Shown here in pieces: positions 54,604 to 63,223 of a DNA stretch of 64,000 nucleotides. The DNA lies in IMG/VR virus record IMGVR_UViG_3300049049_000146, positions 131,216 through 195,215 of that record. One strand, written 5' to 3'. Position numbers and translations under genes: made by a program. How positions within the stretch are numbered: position 1 is the first letter of the stretch; the number at the start of each line of letters is the position of its first letter. The DNA is from a virus (lineage: Duplodnaviria > Heunggongvirae > Uroviricota > Caudoviricetes). The notes beneath the pieces are model-generated. The model saw only the letters and a program-made list of their open reading frames with translations, was not told where the DNA came from and searched no databases.

Positions 54604-54769
54604 TATTCTTCGGAAGCGTCAGAACGAAGCCTGCAGCGGCAGTAGTGACTGTCGAAGGTCTCATCGGGTGCACAATGAGAAATTGAGCAGGCAGGACGGG
54701 CAACAGGCGCCGGAGCGCATGCCGCGAGAGCTAGCACGAAAAGAATCACGTATCTCATGTCTATCCTCT

Positions 54770-55039
54770 TTACGCTTGATCGTCATCAGACGGACGTAAA
54801 CCTGAGGACAGACCTTTGAAACTTCCACCGATTGCGTCGGCAATCGCTTCCCACATCGACTCCATATCCCTGGCGTCGATGTCTACGAGAGTCTCGTCGT
54901 ACTCATGTACGTCGTCCTCTAGCCGAGCGACGACTTCGTCAAGCTGTGTTTGGTCAAAGTTCGAGCAATTCACATTCGGACACCAGACTGTGGTGAATCC
55001 GACTGATGCTTCTGGGTCTCCGCAGACTGGGCAACTCAT
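54770..55039 (-). CDS. hypothetical protein with N-terminal Zn ribbon
   Basis: CPVCG....SVGFTTVWCPNVNC. Confidence 0.6.
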   Translation of the reverse strand: MSCPVCGDPEASVGFTTVWCPNVNCSNFDQTQLDEVVARLEDDVHEYDETLVDIDARDMESMWEAIADAIGGSFKGLSSGLRPSDDDQA

Positions 55040-55368
55040 TGTAACAACTCGACTCGGTGATCTTCAGCGATAGGCCGAAGTTCGTTTCGGACGACTGCCG
55101 AAATAATCCGGTCGAAGGTGTCCTTTGAAAAATCGCCGTCAGGGAAATCCCTGTAGCTCGAACCTTCTAAGTTTCCTGCGTACCCTGCTAGGTACAGCGA
55201 GTTATCTGGGCGCGTCCGAGCGACGAGGATGTATTTGGCCGTCTGAGTGTTGAAACTGAGACGGACTATCGCATCCTCGTCGCTCCGGTACACATTGAGA
55301 AATCCTTGCGACGGCACGATCGGCCGAAGCCAATCGCGCAGGGTCATCTCAATCTGAGCGGAGATCAT
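55036..55368 (-). CDS. hypothetical protein
   Basis: YRDFPDGDFSKDTFDRI motif; ATGA tiling. Confidence 0.6.
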   Translation of the reverse strand: MISAQIEMTLRDWLRPIVPSQGFLNVYRSDEDAIVRLSFNTQTAKYILVARTRPDNSLYLAGYAGNLEGSSYRDFPDGDFSKDTFDRIISAVVRNELRPIAEDHRVELLQ

Positions 55369-55393
55369 CCACTCAGGTATAGCTCACGATTCG

Positions 55394-56653
55394 TCAGTGG
55401 AGAAGGCTCTTGATGTCGTCGTGCGAAGGAACGTGAGACACGTCGCCAACGACCGACACGACCATCGGTGCCGCAAGCGTGCGCTCGATGGCGTCCTTCA
55501 CCGCCCGCGACGTCACCTTGCGGATGTCACGAATAGCATCCTCGACGGGACGAACGTATCCATGTGCTCGGAAGCTGTGGGGCATTCTCTGCGCACGAAG
55601 CTGCGTCGACTCCATACCCATCAGGATTCGAGCACACAGCTGATTCTTGGCGCGGTCGATTTCCTTCTCGGTGAGGTCGTCCTTGAGTCGCTTCATCTGC
55701 GTCAGCGCCGCCTCGAAGAACTGTCCAGCGTTCTCAGGCGCCAGACCGCCAGTGATGTGAATCGCGCCAGCGTTGTACCCGGGCCAATAGCTGCTGCCCA
55801 CGTCGTAGACGAGACCACGACGCTCGCGGATTTCCATGAAGAGACGGGAAGTGAAGCCGCCACCGAGAATCGAATTCATGACGGTGGTCGAGTACAGGTC
55901 CGGATCCTTGACCGAAACCGACGGGAAACCGATGACGACGGCCAGCTGTTCGAGTTCCGGTCTGCTCTCCAGCACGAAGTCAGGACGAGCACTGGGAGGC
56001 ATGAAGCTCATGTCAGTCACGGGCTTCATGTCAGAGAATCGGGAGCGCACCATTGCGACGAACGCATCGTGCTCGATCTTTCCCGAAGCGGCGACGACGA
56101 AATTCTCGCTGCCGTAGTTGTCTCTCGTGAACTCGATCAGGTCCTCACGAGAGAGATTGAGCACCGTGTCTACGTCACCAAGCACCGAGCGGCCGATGGG
56201 GTGGCCATCGAACATCGTCTCGTGGCAATTAGCGTAGGCGACGTGGTGCGGCTGGTCGTTGTACTGACTGATCTCCTGAGCGACGACCTGGCGCTCCCTC
56301 TCAAGCTCTTCCTGAGGATACGTCGGGTTCAGGATGATGTCGGCCATGATATCGACGGCCAACTCAGCATCAGCAGCGAGGACCGAGTAGACGTACGCCG
56401 TCTCCTCCTCGGAGGTCATCGCGTTGAGGCTACCACCGACGTTCTCGATGGCCTCAGTGATCTGGTCGAACGTGCGCTTCGTCGTGCCCTTGTGGACCAT
56501 GTGCTCATTCAAATGAGCCACACCACTCTTGCCGGGCCTCTCATGCATCGTCCCGCGGTCGAACCACCCACCGATGAATACGCTCTCGACGTGAGGGATC
56601 GTATCGGTGAGGACGATGATGCCGTTATCAAGACGGGAAAGCTTGGTACTCAT
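55394..56653 (-). CDS. M16 family zinc metallopeptidase (pitrilysin/MPP-beta-like)
   Basis: GVAHLNEHMVHKGT (HxxEH), NAMTSEE, ERERQVVAQE, GGGFTSRLF.EIRERRGLVY. Confidence 0.93.
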   Translation of the reverse strand: MSTKLSRLDNGIIVLTDTIPHVESVFIGGWFDRGTMHERPGKSGVAHLNEHMVHKGTTKRTFDQITEAIENVGGSLNAMTSEEETAYVYSVLAADAELAVDIMADIILNPTYPQEELERERQVVAQEISQYNDQPHHVAYANCHETMFDGHPIGRSVLGDVDTVLNLSREDLIEFTRDNYGSENFVVAASGKIEHDAFVAMVRSRFSDMKPVTDMSFMPPSARPDFVLESRPELEQLAVVIGFPSVSVKDPDLYSTTVMNSILGGGFTSRLFMEIRERRGLVYDVGSSYWPGYNAGAIHITGGLAPENAGQFFEAALTQMKRLKDDLTEKEIDRAKNQLCARILMGMESTQLRAQRMPHSFRAHGYVRPVEDAIRDIRKVTSRAVKDAIERTLAAPMVVSVVGDVSHVPSHDDIKSLLH

Positions 56654-56704
56654 GTATCCTTTGCATCGAACGGAAAGGGGAGCCGAGTGCTCCGCTGGCC
56701 TTCT

Positions 56705-56721
56705 TAGTATCGACGGACTTT
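56705..56721 (-). promoter_or_regulatory. class A promoter-like motif, copy 9
   Basis: AAAGTCCGTCGATACTA upstream of the M16 gene. Confidence 0.75.
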
Positions 56722-56724
56722 TCC

Positions 56725-57015
56725 TCAGAAAGGCGCGTTCGTCGCGACCATGTGTTCGTGATCTTCCTCAAGGAAACACGCCCACAAGTCCTTTGACGTG
56801 CCGTCGTCTACGTCGGTAATGACGATCGCACGCGCTTCCTCTTCAGTTACGGGTGAGATTACGATGCCGTCCTCGGTTCCGTCGCCGAGGTCATCCATCG
56901 AGCACCCGTAGTCACGAAAGAGAACGGTCAAGACGACGTCAGGAGACGCCGCCTTGATCCACCACTCGTACGCTCCGTCATCGACTTTGAATAGGCTCAG
57001 GCTCGCCGTGGACAT
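56725..57015 (-). CDS. hypothetical acidic protein
   Basis: Tiling. Confidence 0.55.
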   Translation of the reverse strand: MSTASLSLFKVDDGAYEWWIKAASPDVVLTVLFRDYGCSMDDLGDGTEDGIVISPVTEEEARAIVITDVDDGTSKDLWACFLEEDHEHMVATNAPF

Positions 57016-57286
57016 CGACTTCTCCTGCAAGGAAGCGTTTCATGCGCTGAAGATGCTCATTCAGCGCGATGACGTTCTTTACAGAAGCGCAGGCAGCCCC
57101 GAGGGGCTCGGCACGCTCGGCGTACAGGACAAGCGTCTCAGGAGGGGAAACCTCTCCGGTTTCCTCATCGAAATCCGCAGTCACGTCAGCGGTAATGGAA
57201 ACGTAACGTGAAGGACGCGAATCACTGAAAACAAGAAGAGAGGTCCCGTCGGGACCTTCCGAGATCGAACACTTGAATTCAGACAT
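56978..57286 (-). CDS. hypothetical protein
   Basis: Start moved to MSEFKCS, just after the tRNA-like RNA. Confidence 0.55.
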   Translation of the reverse strand: MSEFKCSISEGPDGTSLLVFSDSRPSRYVSITADVTADFDEETGEVSPPETLVLYAERAEPLGAACASVKNVIALNEHLQRMKRFLAGEVDVHGEPEPIQSR

Positions 57287-57289
57287 TGA

Positions 57290-57405
57290 GGCCGACTCCT
57301 TGGATTCGAACCAAGCCCATCTTCCGGTTCGTAACAAACGGTCCTAAGTTCTAGGCAGCCAGCATGGCTGGCTCTTCGGAAGTGCTCACCTGGAGCCGAG
57401 TCGGC
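57290..57405 (-). ncRNA. 116-nt multi-hairpin tRNA-like RNA
   Basis: 8-bp GCCGACTC/GAGTCGGC, D-like GCTC-CAGGT-GAGC, T-arm CTTGG-TTCGAAT-CCAAG, several short hairpins between them, no 7-nt U33 anticodon loop. Confidence 0.7.
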
Positions 57406-57408
57406 ACG

Positions 57409-57834
57409 TTACACTTCCCACATACGCTCGCGGACGATCTCGATTAAGTCATCGAGAATTTCCGTGTGCGCCTGGGCCTTGATTGCCTCTTCAAACTTCC
57501 GGGAGCCAACTGCACGCTGCTCCTGCTTCTGCGCCGTCTTCTTCATCTTCTGAAGACGAGTGAGGAACTCCTTACGCATGCGTGTCGTTGCGAAGAAGTC
57601 GATCTCGAACTCGTGCGCAACGACCGCACGAACCAGCACGAGATTGTCCTTCGAGAAGATGACACTGACATGGTCGCCTCGCTGAGGGGGACGACGCAGA
57701 CCGTCTGAATGCCAAACGGTCCCGTCAAAGTCGAACTTCTCCATTCCGATACGAACAACGCCACGAAGCGTAGCGGAGTTGTATTTCGAAACGATGCCCT
57801 TCTTCGCGATCGTCTTCACATCGATGTGGTTCAC
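57409..57834 (-). CDS. hypothetical protein with OB/cold-shock-like N-terminus
   Basis: GIVSKYNS...GVVRI...P.RGDHVSV. Confidence 0.6.
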   Translation of the reverse strand: MNHIDVKTIAKKGIVSKYNSATLRGVVRIGMEKFDFDGTVWHSDGLRRPPQRGDHVSVIFSKDNLVLVRAVVAHEFEIDFFATTRMRKEFLTRLQKMKKTAQKQEQRAVGSRKFEEAIKAQAHTEILDDLIEIVRERMWEV

Positions 57835-58421
57835 AGGAATTCCTCCGCCTTATCGCCGTAACGCTCCTTCACCTTCGCTACCCAAGCCTGATTCTTGACC
57901 TTGAACATGAAGGGAGGAGTCCATTTCTTGTTCGAGGGGATCTTGCAGACAACACCCTCGAACGTCTGCCCGGGAAACTCACCAGATCGGATCTGGGACT
58001 CGATCTCCTTGTTGAAGTTCCCCTGGTGGATGAGCTTAGCCGCGTCAGGAAACAGATCGATGAAATCGCGCACATCAAGCAGACCCTGCTTGTACACGTC
58101 GACATCGATCAGCTTGACCACGTGGGGCTCATCCTCGTGCAGACCCGCAAACGAATTCGGTCCGTAGAATTCGAAGAAACAGGTGACCTTCTGCCACCGC
58201 TGCTTTTCGAAAATCGGCGCAAGCGCATCCGTCTGTTCGTGGATGAGCTTGATTGCCTCTCCGAGCAGACTATCGGGGCCGATCAGAACCTTACGCGACC
58301 CGAATTTGTCGAACCCCTTCTTGCGGGTCCACTCAGCACGAATATTTGAACCGTCGAGCTTTTCGAACATGTAGCAGGGGCCGTAGCGGCAATCCCTACT
58401 AATCGTCGGATACTGCTTCAT
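57831..58421 (-). CDS. minimal ATP-dependent RNA ligase (Rnl2-like adenylation domain)
   Basis: Motif I FEKLDGSNIR; FGSR; FFEFYG; IDV; EGVVCK; FKVK. Confidence 0.8.
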   Translation of the reverse strand: MKQYPTISRDCRYGPCYMFEKLDGSNIRAEWTRKKGFDKFGSRKVLIGPDSLLGEAIKLIHEQTDALAPIFEKQRWQKVTCFFEFYGPNSFAGLHEDEPHVVKLIDVDVYKQGLLDVRDFIDLFPDAAKLIHQGNFNKEIESQIRSGEFPGQTFEGVVCKIPSNKKWTPPFMFKVKNQAWVAKVKERYGDKAEEFL

Positions 58422-58800
58422 CTGAACTCACTGACGGATCGCCATTCTCAGCGATCCACTTCTCTTCTGCCCGAGCACAGTATTGTGAGCAGCCGCGGTC
58501 GCAGACCGCGCCTTCATTCGGGCACTCAGATTCCAGGTCAGGACGAGTGGGCGGGATCTTGAACGTCGCAATAAACTCATCGAAGCAACGCTCACAGATG
58601 TCGAACTCCCACTTCGTCATATCACGGGGCGAGGGCCAACCCCACGTCTTACGTACCGCGAGGTACGAGTAATCGCTGGCGTGCGGCTTATACCCCTCTG
58701 CCATCTCGTAAGGGTTACAGGGCTTAGCGCAGCGATTGCAGATGACCTCGTCGATGACCGTCTCCTCAACGGTCTTCGTAACCTTGTGCGTCTTCAGCAT
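58399..58800 (-). CDS. hypothetical Zn-binding protein
   Basis: ICNRC...FDICERCF. Confidence 0.6.
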   Translation of the reverse strand: MLKTHKVTKTVEETVIDEVICNRCAKPCNPYEMAEGYKPHASDYSYLAVRKTWGWPSPRDMTKWEFDICERCFDEFIATFKIPPTRPDLESECPNEGAVCDRGCSQYCARAEEKWIAENGDPSVSSDEAVSDD

Positions 58801-58801
58801 C

Positions 58802-59233
58802 TCACATCTCCTTCAGGCGATCGTCGATCTCGACCCGAAGCTGCGGAATGCAAACATACGGGTCGGATTCATTGTGGTCCATGATGATCCACTTGATATC
58901 GGCTTTCTTGTTACGCCGATAGAAGCGAACCGCCTCGTGAGAGGTCGGACGGATCAAGGGACCTTTGGCACGATGTTGAAATTGAGATGCGGTTACATCG
59001 ACGATATGCCCTTCATACTCGCACCAGTAGTGACACCACCACCTGCGCTTGTAGAATACCTGACCTTCTACGGCAGAAAGCCGCAGACCGTGGTGACGGC
59101 GTGCGGCATCCTTGAGGAGAAACGAGCCGATGCCGCAGGCACCAGAAAGGTTACTGCGGCATACGTACTCGATCTCAATGTCCCAGAGGGTCTGGTTGAC
59201 GGCTCGGGCGACCCGAGCCACCTGATCAATCAC
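58802..59233 (-). CDS. hypothetical protein (transglutaminase-like C/H/D triad possible)
   Basis: GACGIGS...CHYWCE...IVDVTASQF. Confidence 0.55.
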   Translation of the reverse strand: MIDQVARVARAVNQTLWDIEIEYVCRSNLSGACGIGSFLLKDAARRHHGLRLSAVEGQVFYKRRWWCHYWCEYEGHIVDVTASQFQHRAKGPLIRPTSHEAVRFYRRNKKADIKWIIMDHNESDPYVCIPQLRVEIDDRLKEM

Positions 59234-60300
59234 GAGCGTTCGACCTCATAGAGGAATTTCGTGCCGCCGATGAGCTTACGATTGCTCGACGTGCTCTGGA
59301 TGAACACATCGAAATCAGCGATGGAGCCCTCACCCGGCTTCACATCACCGCGGCTGCCGTAGGGCAGGCCAATCATATCTCGCGCCTTGTCACCCGAGAA
59401 CATGTCTCCGGTGCGCTTGTTCACGAGAATGACTTCCTTGCGCTCCTGCACAGTCTCACGCTTGGTGAACTGGTAAAAGCCGCGCCCCTTCTGGAAGCGA
59501 GCGCCATTGGCCTCAACGAAATCCTTGATCGAGCAGTCCTTGTCGACTTCGAGGACCTGGAATCGACCCGGAGGAACAGCTGCAAGGTCGCTGGGCTTGA
59601 AGTCAACGAGCGGCTTGTCAGAGCCGAGCAGCGTCCCGTACATCTCCACGAGCGAACGGGAAACACGGCCGCTCTCAAGCACGTGGTCCACGTGCTTCTT
59701 GAACTGCTCAGGCGTCGTCTGCTTGTAGACGACAGCCATGATCAGCTGAACGACATCGGCGAACTGATTCAGCCGGAGATGGAAGCCGCCAGTGCGCTTC
59801 GCACACTCACGGTAGAAATTCGTCGACTCGTGGTAGTTCAACGCCTGAACGGCGTAAACCTGGATCTTCGACTCGGTGAGGAGATCCAGTTCATTTCGCC
59901 AGTCGAGGCGCTTGTCGTTCTGCGGGTACGACGGGCCGTGCGGATTCGAGTCGCCGATCATCACGAGGACGCGAGGAACACCTGCACGCCACGTGAGACG
60001 ACGAGCCTCGTGAAGCACAAGCTCGTAGCACTCATCCATGTCGCCGCCCGAAGTATTCGGGGTGTCCCGAATAAACTTGGCAATCTGGTCAACGTTGCTC
60101 GACAGATCGAGCATGCGGATGACGTAATTGCCCCGCGGCGGGGCATCGCAATAATCGCCGTGGGCGATGACACCGATGCGGAGGTCCGGGACGTCCTTGA
60201 AAAGGCGCCTGGTTGTCTCTTCGACCGTGCGGCGAACCTGCGCAATGCAGGCGCTCATCGAGCCAGTCGTATCGAACGAGAAGACGATGTCAGCTGCCAT
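59230..60300 (-). CDS. vWA domain protein with conserved C-terminal domain
   Basis: DIVFSFDTTGSM, GVIAHGDYCD, GGD.DECYELVL, VMIGD..PH; C-terminal KGRGFYQFTK.E.VQ..KEV, VFIQSTS.NRKL. Confidence 0.85.
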   Translation of the reverse strand: MAADIVFSFDTTGSMSACIAQVRRTVEETTRRLFKDVPDLRIGVIAHGDYCDAPPRGNYVIRMLDLSSNVDQIAKFIRDTPNTSGGDMDECYELVLHEARRLTWRAGVPRVLVMIGDSNPHGPSYPQNDKRLDWRNELDLLTESKIQVYAVQALNYHESTNFYRECAKRTGGFHLRLNQFADVVQLIMAVVYKQTTPEQFKKHVDHVLESGRVSRSLVEMYGTLLGSDKPLVDFKPSDLAAVPPGRFQVLEVDKDCSIKDFVEANGARFQKGRGFYQFTKRETVQERKEVILVNKRTGDMFSGDKARDMIGLPYGSRGDVKPGEGSIADFDVFIQSTSSNRKLIGGTKFLYEVERS

Positions 60301-60571
60301 GGACGGTCTCCTCAGAAGCCTCCGAGTCGGCCATCAAACCCGCTGCGCATTCCTGGCAGAGGTAAATGCAGTCCTCGTCGCCTCCGTAAACCGCCTTGTC
60401 GTGGTCGATGCGCTTCTCGCAGCACTCGCACGTAACGCGGTAAAGACCCTTCTCTTCTTCAAGAATGTCGCGGAGACGATGGAAGATGTAATCAGGGCCA
60501 TACTCAAAAGCATAGCCAATGATGCGGGAGATGTAGTATTGCTTCGTGTGCTTAACGGGTCGACGTGCCAT
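60290..60571 (-). CDS. hypothetical protein
   Basis: CECC...LCQEC; tiling. Confidence 0.55.
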   Translation of the reverse strand: MARRPVKHTKQYYISRIIGYAFEYGPDYIFHRLRDILEEEKGLYRVTCECCEKRIDHDKAVYGGDEDCIYLCQECAAGLMADSEASEETVHGS

Positions 60572-60584
60572 TGGAGAACCTCCA

Positions 60585-60656
60585 AGCCCTTGCCGGGATT
60601 TGAACCCGGGGCCTCTCCCTTACCAAGGGAGTGCTCTACCCCTGAGCTACAAGGGC
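60585..60656 (-). tRNA. tRNA-Thr(GGT)
   Basis: CTCCC-TTGGTAA-GGGAG, canonical. Confidence 0.93.
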
Positions 60657-60839
60657 GTGTTCGCTATTTTCTTCGCGCCACCAAATCGCGTTCTTCCAGT
60701 CTTCGCCCTGAGCGTCGAGGAAGTTGCCGATGTAGCGCTGGAGTTCTTTCTTGTTCTCTGCGATGCTCGCGGGGACGGTTGTAGTTGTGTGCTTCTTACG
60801 GTCGTAGTAATCGGTGAATTCCACCGTAAATGTCAGCAT
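60636..60839 (-). CDS. hypothetical protein
   Basis: RBS GGAG; 3' end overlaps the tRNA-Thr 5' end. Confidence 0.5.
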   Translation of the reverse strand: MLTFTVEFTDYYDRKKHTTTTVPASIAENKKELQRYIGNFLDAQGEDWKNAIWWREENSEHALVAQG

Positions 60840-60882
60840 AAGTCTGCATCTCCTAGATAACAGCTGAGTATGAGAACTTTCA

Positions 60883-60971
<89 letters not shown>

Positions 60972-60981
60972 CGGCTCCAAC

Positions 60982-60998
60982 TACTATCGTCGGACTTT
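60982..60998 (-). promoter_or_regulatory. class A promoter-like motif, copy 10
   Basis: AAAGTCCGACGATAGTA, 10 nt before tRNA-Ser(GCT). Confidence 0.78.
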
Positions 60999-61004
60999 CA
61001 GACA

Positions 61005-61091
61005 CAGAGGGAGTGGGATTCGAACCCACGGTACTCGGGAGAGTACGCCGCACTTCCAATGCGGTGCCTTAGACCACTCGGCCACCCCTCT
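61005..61091 (-). tRNA. tRNA-Ser(GGA)
   Basis: CCGCA-TTGGAAG-TGCGG, long variable arm, G73. Confidence 0.93.
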
Positions 61092-61097
61092 AGAGAA

Positions 61098-61325
61098 CTA
61101 CCTGCCGCGCTTGGAAGGCATGTTTGCCTGCCACTGACTCGGCGTAACGTGAACCACACCCGTGTTCGTGTCTAGAATTTCGACACGCCCTGTCTTCCGA
61201 TCGTTGCGGTAAACAACAACGTAACCCTTATCAGAGTCCGCCTCTTCGATGGTCTTTGCGACCTTCTCTCCATTGAGGTAGACGACGTAACGATCCATCT
61301 TGTCTTTACCGGAGTTGATCTTCAT
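61098..61325 (-). CDS. hypothetical protein
   Basis: VYLNGEKV...IEEADSDKGYVV..R. Confidence 0.6.
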   Translation of the reverse strand: MKINSGKDKMDRYVVYLNGEKVAKTIEEADSDKGYVVVYRNDRKTGRVEILDTNTGVVHVTPSQWQANMPSKRGR

Positions 61326-61389
61326 CTCAGGGCCCTCCCGGATTACATAGTCGTTTACAGAACGGGTTATCTACCGACACAGGTCGAAA

Positions 61390-62556
61390 ATGCGCACAGA
61401 CATTCAACTCAGACTTCTGCGAGTAGCGAAGAAGATTGAACTTCTTCGTCGAATTGCGCTCACGACGAAGGAGCCCGAAGGATTTGGGGATGTCGCAAAG
61501 CGAGTCGGTCTTGAGCCGACGCTCCTCAAGCTTCGTGGCGAAATCTTCAAGGCCCTGAAGCAGACGTTTGCGGGCGAAGATGAAAGCAAGAAGCAGGTTT
61601 TCGACACGGCCGTTGACCTTCTGCGTAAGGTCGTGGACGACCGTGGAAACTTGAAGGACCCGAACGCCCCTCGTCAGCTTCAGCAGCTGGTAAAGGGCAC
61701 GGGCGGCCAGGCGCTAGACCCAGCTGTACGAAATGCCCTTCTGGCATTTGCCATCGCCTCGTTCCGCGCGATGCTGATGACCGGCCTTATGCGCGGTCAG
61801 CCTAGCGAGGAAAACAAGGAGGCGATCGAGCAGCACAGGCAGGGCTTCGGGGATGCCATGAAGGTCATCCTGAAGAACATCAGCCAGGCGAAGAAAGCCC
61901 CTCCCGTAGGTGCTCCTAGCGGCACGTTCAGCGAGCCGGGGAAGGCGGCCCCAGAGAAGCCGAAGGACAGCACCCAGAACGAAGCAGTGAAGAATCAGAT
62001 CGGTGAGCTTGAGTCGAGCATGAAGGGAATCATGCTGGAGCTTGAGCGCATCCTTCTCGACCGCGCCCAGAAGGCATTCGGTGCGGACCCGTTCACTGCC
62101 GCCCTGAAGTCGAATATCAAGGCGTTCCTCGCAAAGGGAACCGTGCACCAAGCACTCAACCGCGACAACGACTTCTATCAGGACGCTCTTCACATGAGCC
62201 ACGGAGATCAGGAATTCGATCTCGGCTCGATGCTCGGGGACGCCAACAAGAAGAAGGTCTACGCCGCGTACCGCTCATTCATCATGGCGGCACGTGCGCT
62301 TGGAATGGTGCAGTACCTCTACCGCAACCCCAAGCTCGTGGTGCTCTCCCCTGAGAAGTCGAAGGAAATCCTCGACAAGGCGGAGATGATTCTGAAGAAT
62401 CGTCGAGAGAAGGTAATCTCGTCGCTTCAGGGAATCGCACCAAGCGCACCAAAGAAGAAGCCTGTGCCCCAGGCTCCGACTGAGCAGCCGAAGCCAAAGA
62501 GCACAGGCCCGTCGCCCGCGGTCGCGCCTCCGGTTCCGAAGGGCGTATTCAGCTAA
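61390..62556 (+). CDS. helical hypothetical protein, possibly virion-internal/late
   Basis: 388-aa plus-strand ORF with strong codon bias; N-terminus LLRVAKKI; Pro/Lys-rich linkers. Confidence 0.75.
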   Translation: MRTDIQLRLLRVAKKIELLRRIALTTKEPEGFGDVAKRVGLEPTLLKLRGEIFKALKQTFAGEDESKKQVFDTAVDLLRKVVDDRGNLKDPNAPRQLQQLVKGTGGQALDPAVRNALLAFAIASFRAMLMTGLMRGQPSEENKEAIEQHRQGFGDAMKVILKNISQAKKAPPVGAPSGTFSEPGKAAPEKPKDSTQNEAVKNQIGELESSMKGIMLELERILLDRAQKAFGADPFTAALKSNIKAFLAKGTVHQALNRDNDFYQDALHMSHGDQEFDLGSMLGDANKKKVYAAYRSFIMAARALGMVQYLYRNPKLVVLSPEKSKEILDKAEMILKNRREKVISSLQGIAPSAPKKKPVPQAPTEQPKPKSTGPSPAVAPPVPKGVFS

Positions 62557-62591
62557 CAGATACTCGAATGAGTATTTGAGCCCTACTAGGG

Positions 62592-62960
62592 CTAGCGTGC
62601 CTTCGTAAACCGCTCTTCAATGGAGATTTCGCGCATCTTCTTGATGCGCTCCTCCAACTCGGCGCGGCACTTCCTACCCTCCTCCAGGAGGGCACGTGCC
62701 TCCTCGCGGGTGAGAATTCTCGGCTTCCAGTCCGGATCCCGCTGCTCTTTCTTGGGAGCGACCGGTCGTGAAGGCGAAAGCCGCTTCGCGCCCAGCTTCG
62801 ACAGCGACTTACGAAGGTGCTCTTCGTAGTAGTACGCCATGTCGTGAAGCTGCTGAGGGGAAAGCGCGTCTCCGTCAGTTCTATCGACCGCTGCAATCAG
62901 CTGGTCGAAGAGCTTCATGATCCGAGAGTAGCGCTTGAATCCGTCTTGCTTGCCTGCCAT
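62592..62960 (-). CDS. hypothetical protein
   Basis: Starts about 8 nt after TCTGTAAA. Confidence 0.6.
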   Translation of the reverse strand: MAGKQDGFKRYSRIMKLFDQLIAAVDRTDGDALSPQQLHDMAYYYEEHLRKSLSKLGAKRLSPSRPVAPKKEQRDPDWKPRILTREEARALLEEGRKCRAELEERIKKMREISIEERFTKAR

Positions 62961-62975
62961 GCAGGCATTTTACAG

Positions 62976-63047
62976 AGCGGCTGGTGGGACTTGAACCCAC
63001 GACATTCTCGTTGGCAACGAGATGTTCTACCACTGAACTACAGCCGC
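62976..63047 (-). tRNA. tRNA-Gly(GCC)
   Basis: TCTCG-TTGCCAA-CGAGA, U73. Confidence 0.94.
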
Positions 63048-63144
63048 GAATCGCCAGTGAGTTCCTAGCCTACTGTGTTCCCACTTTTCGGTGGAGTAGG
63101 GGTCTCTATTTCCCGATCCCTCCCTGGCGAAAACGGAGGGGAGA

Positions 63145-63217
63145 TGGACGCGAGCGGGATCGAACCGCTGACCCCCTCGATGCCATCGAGGTGCTCTCCC
63201 AGCTGAGCTACGCGCCC
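63145..63217 (-). tRNA. tRNA-Ala(GGC)
   Basis: Canonical, G3:U70. Confidence 0.94.
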
Positions 63218-63223
63218 GAACAT

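Noticed and set aside
57290-57405. tRNA-Sec or tmRNA
   Set aside because: No UCA anticodon loop; too short and no tag ORF for tmRNA.
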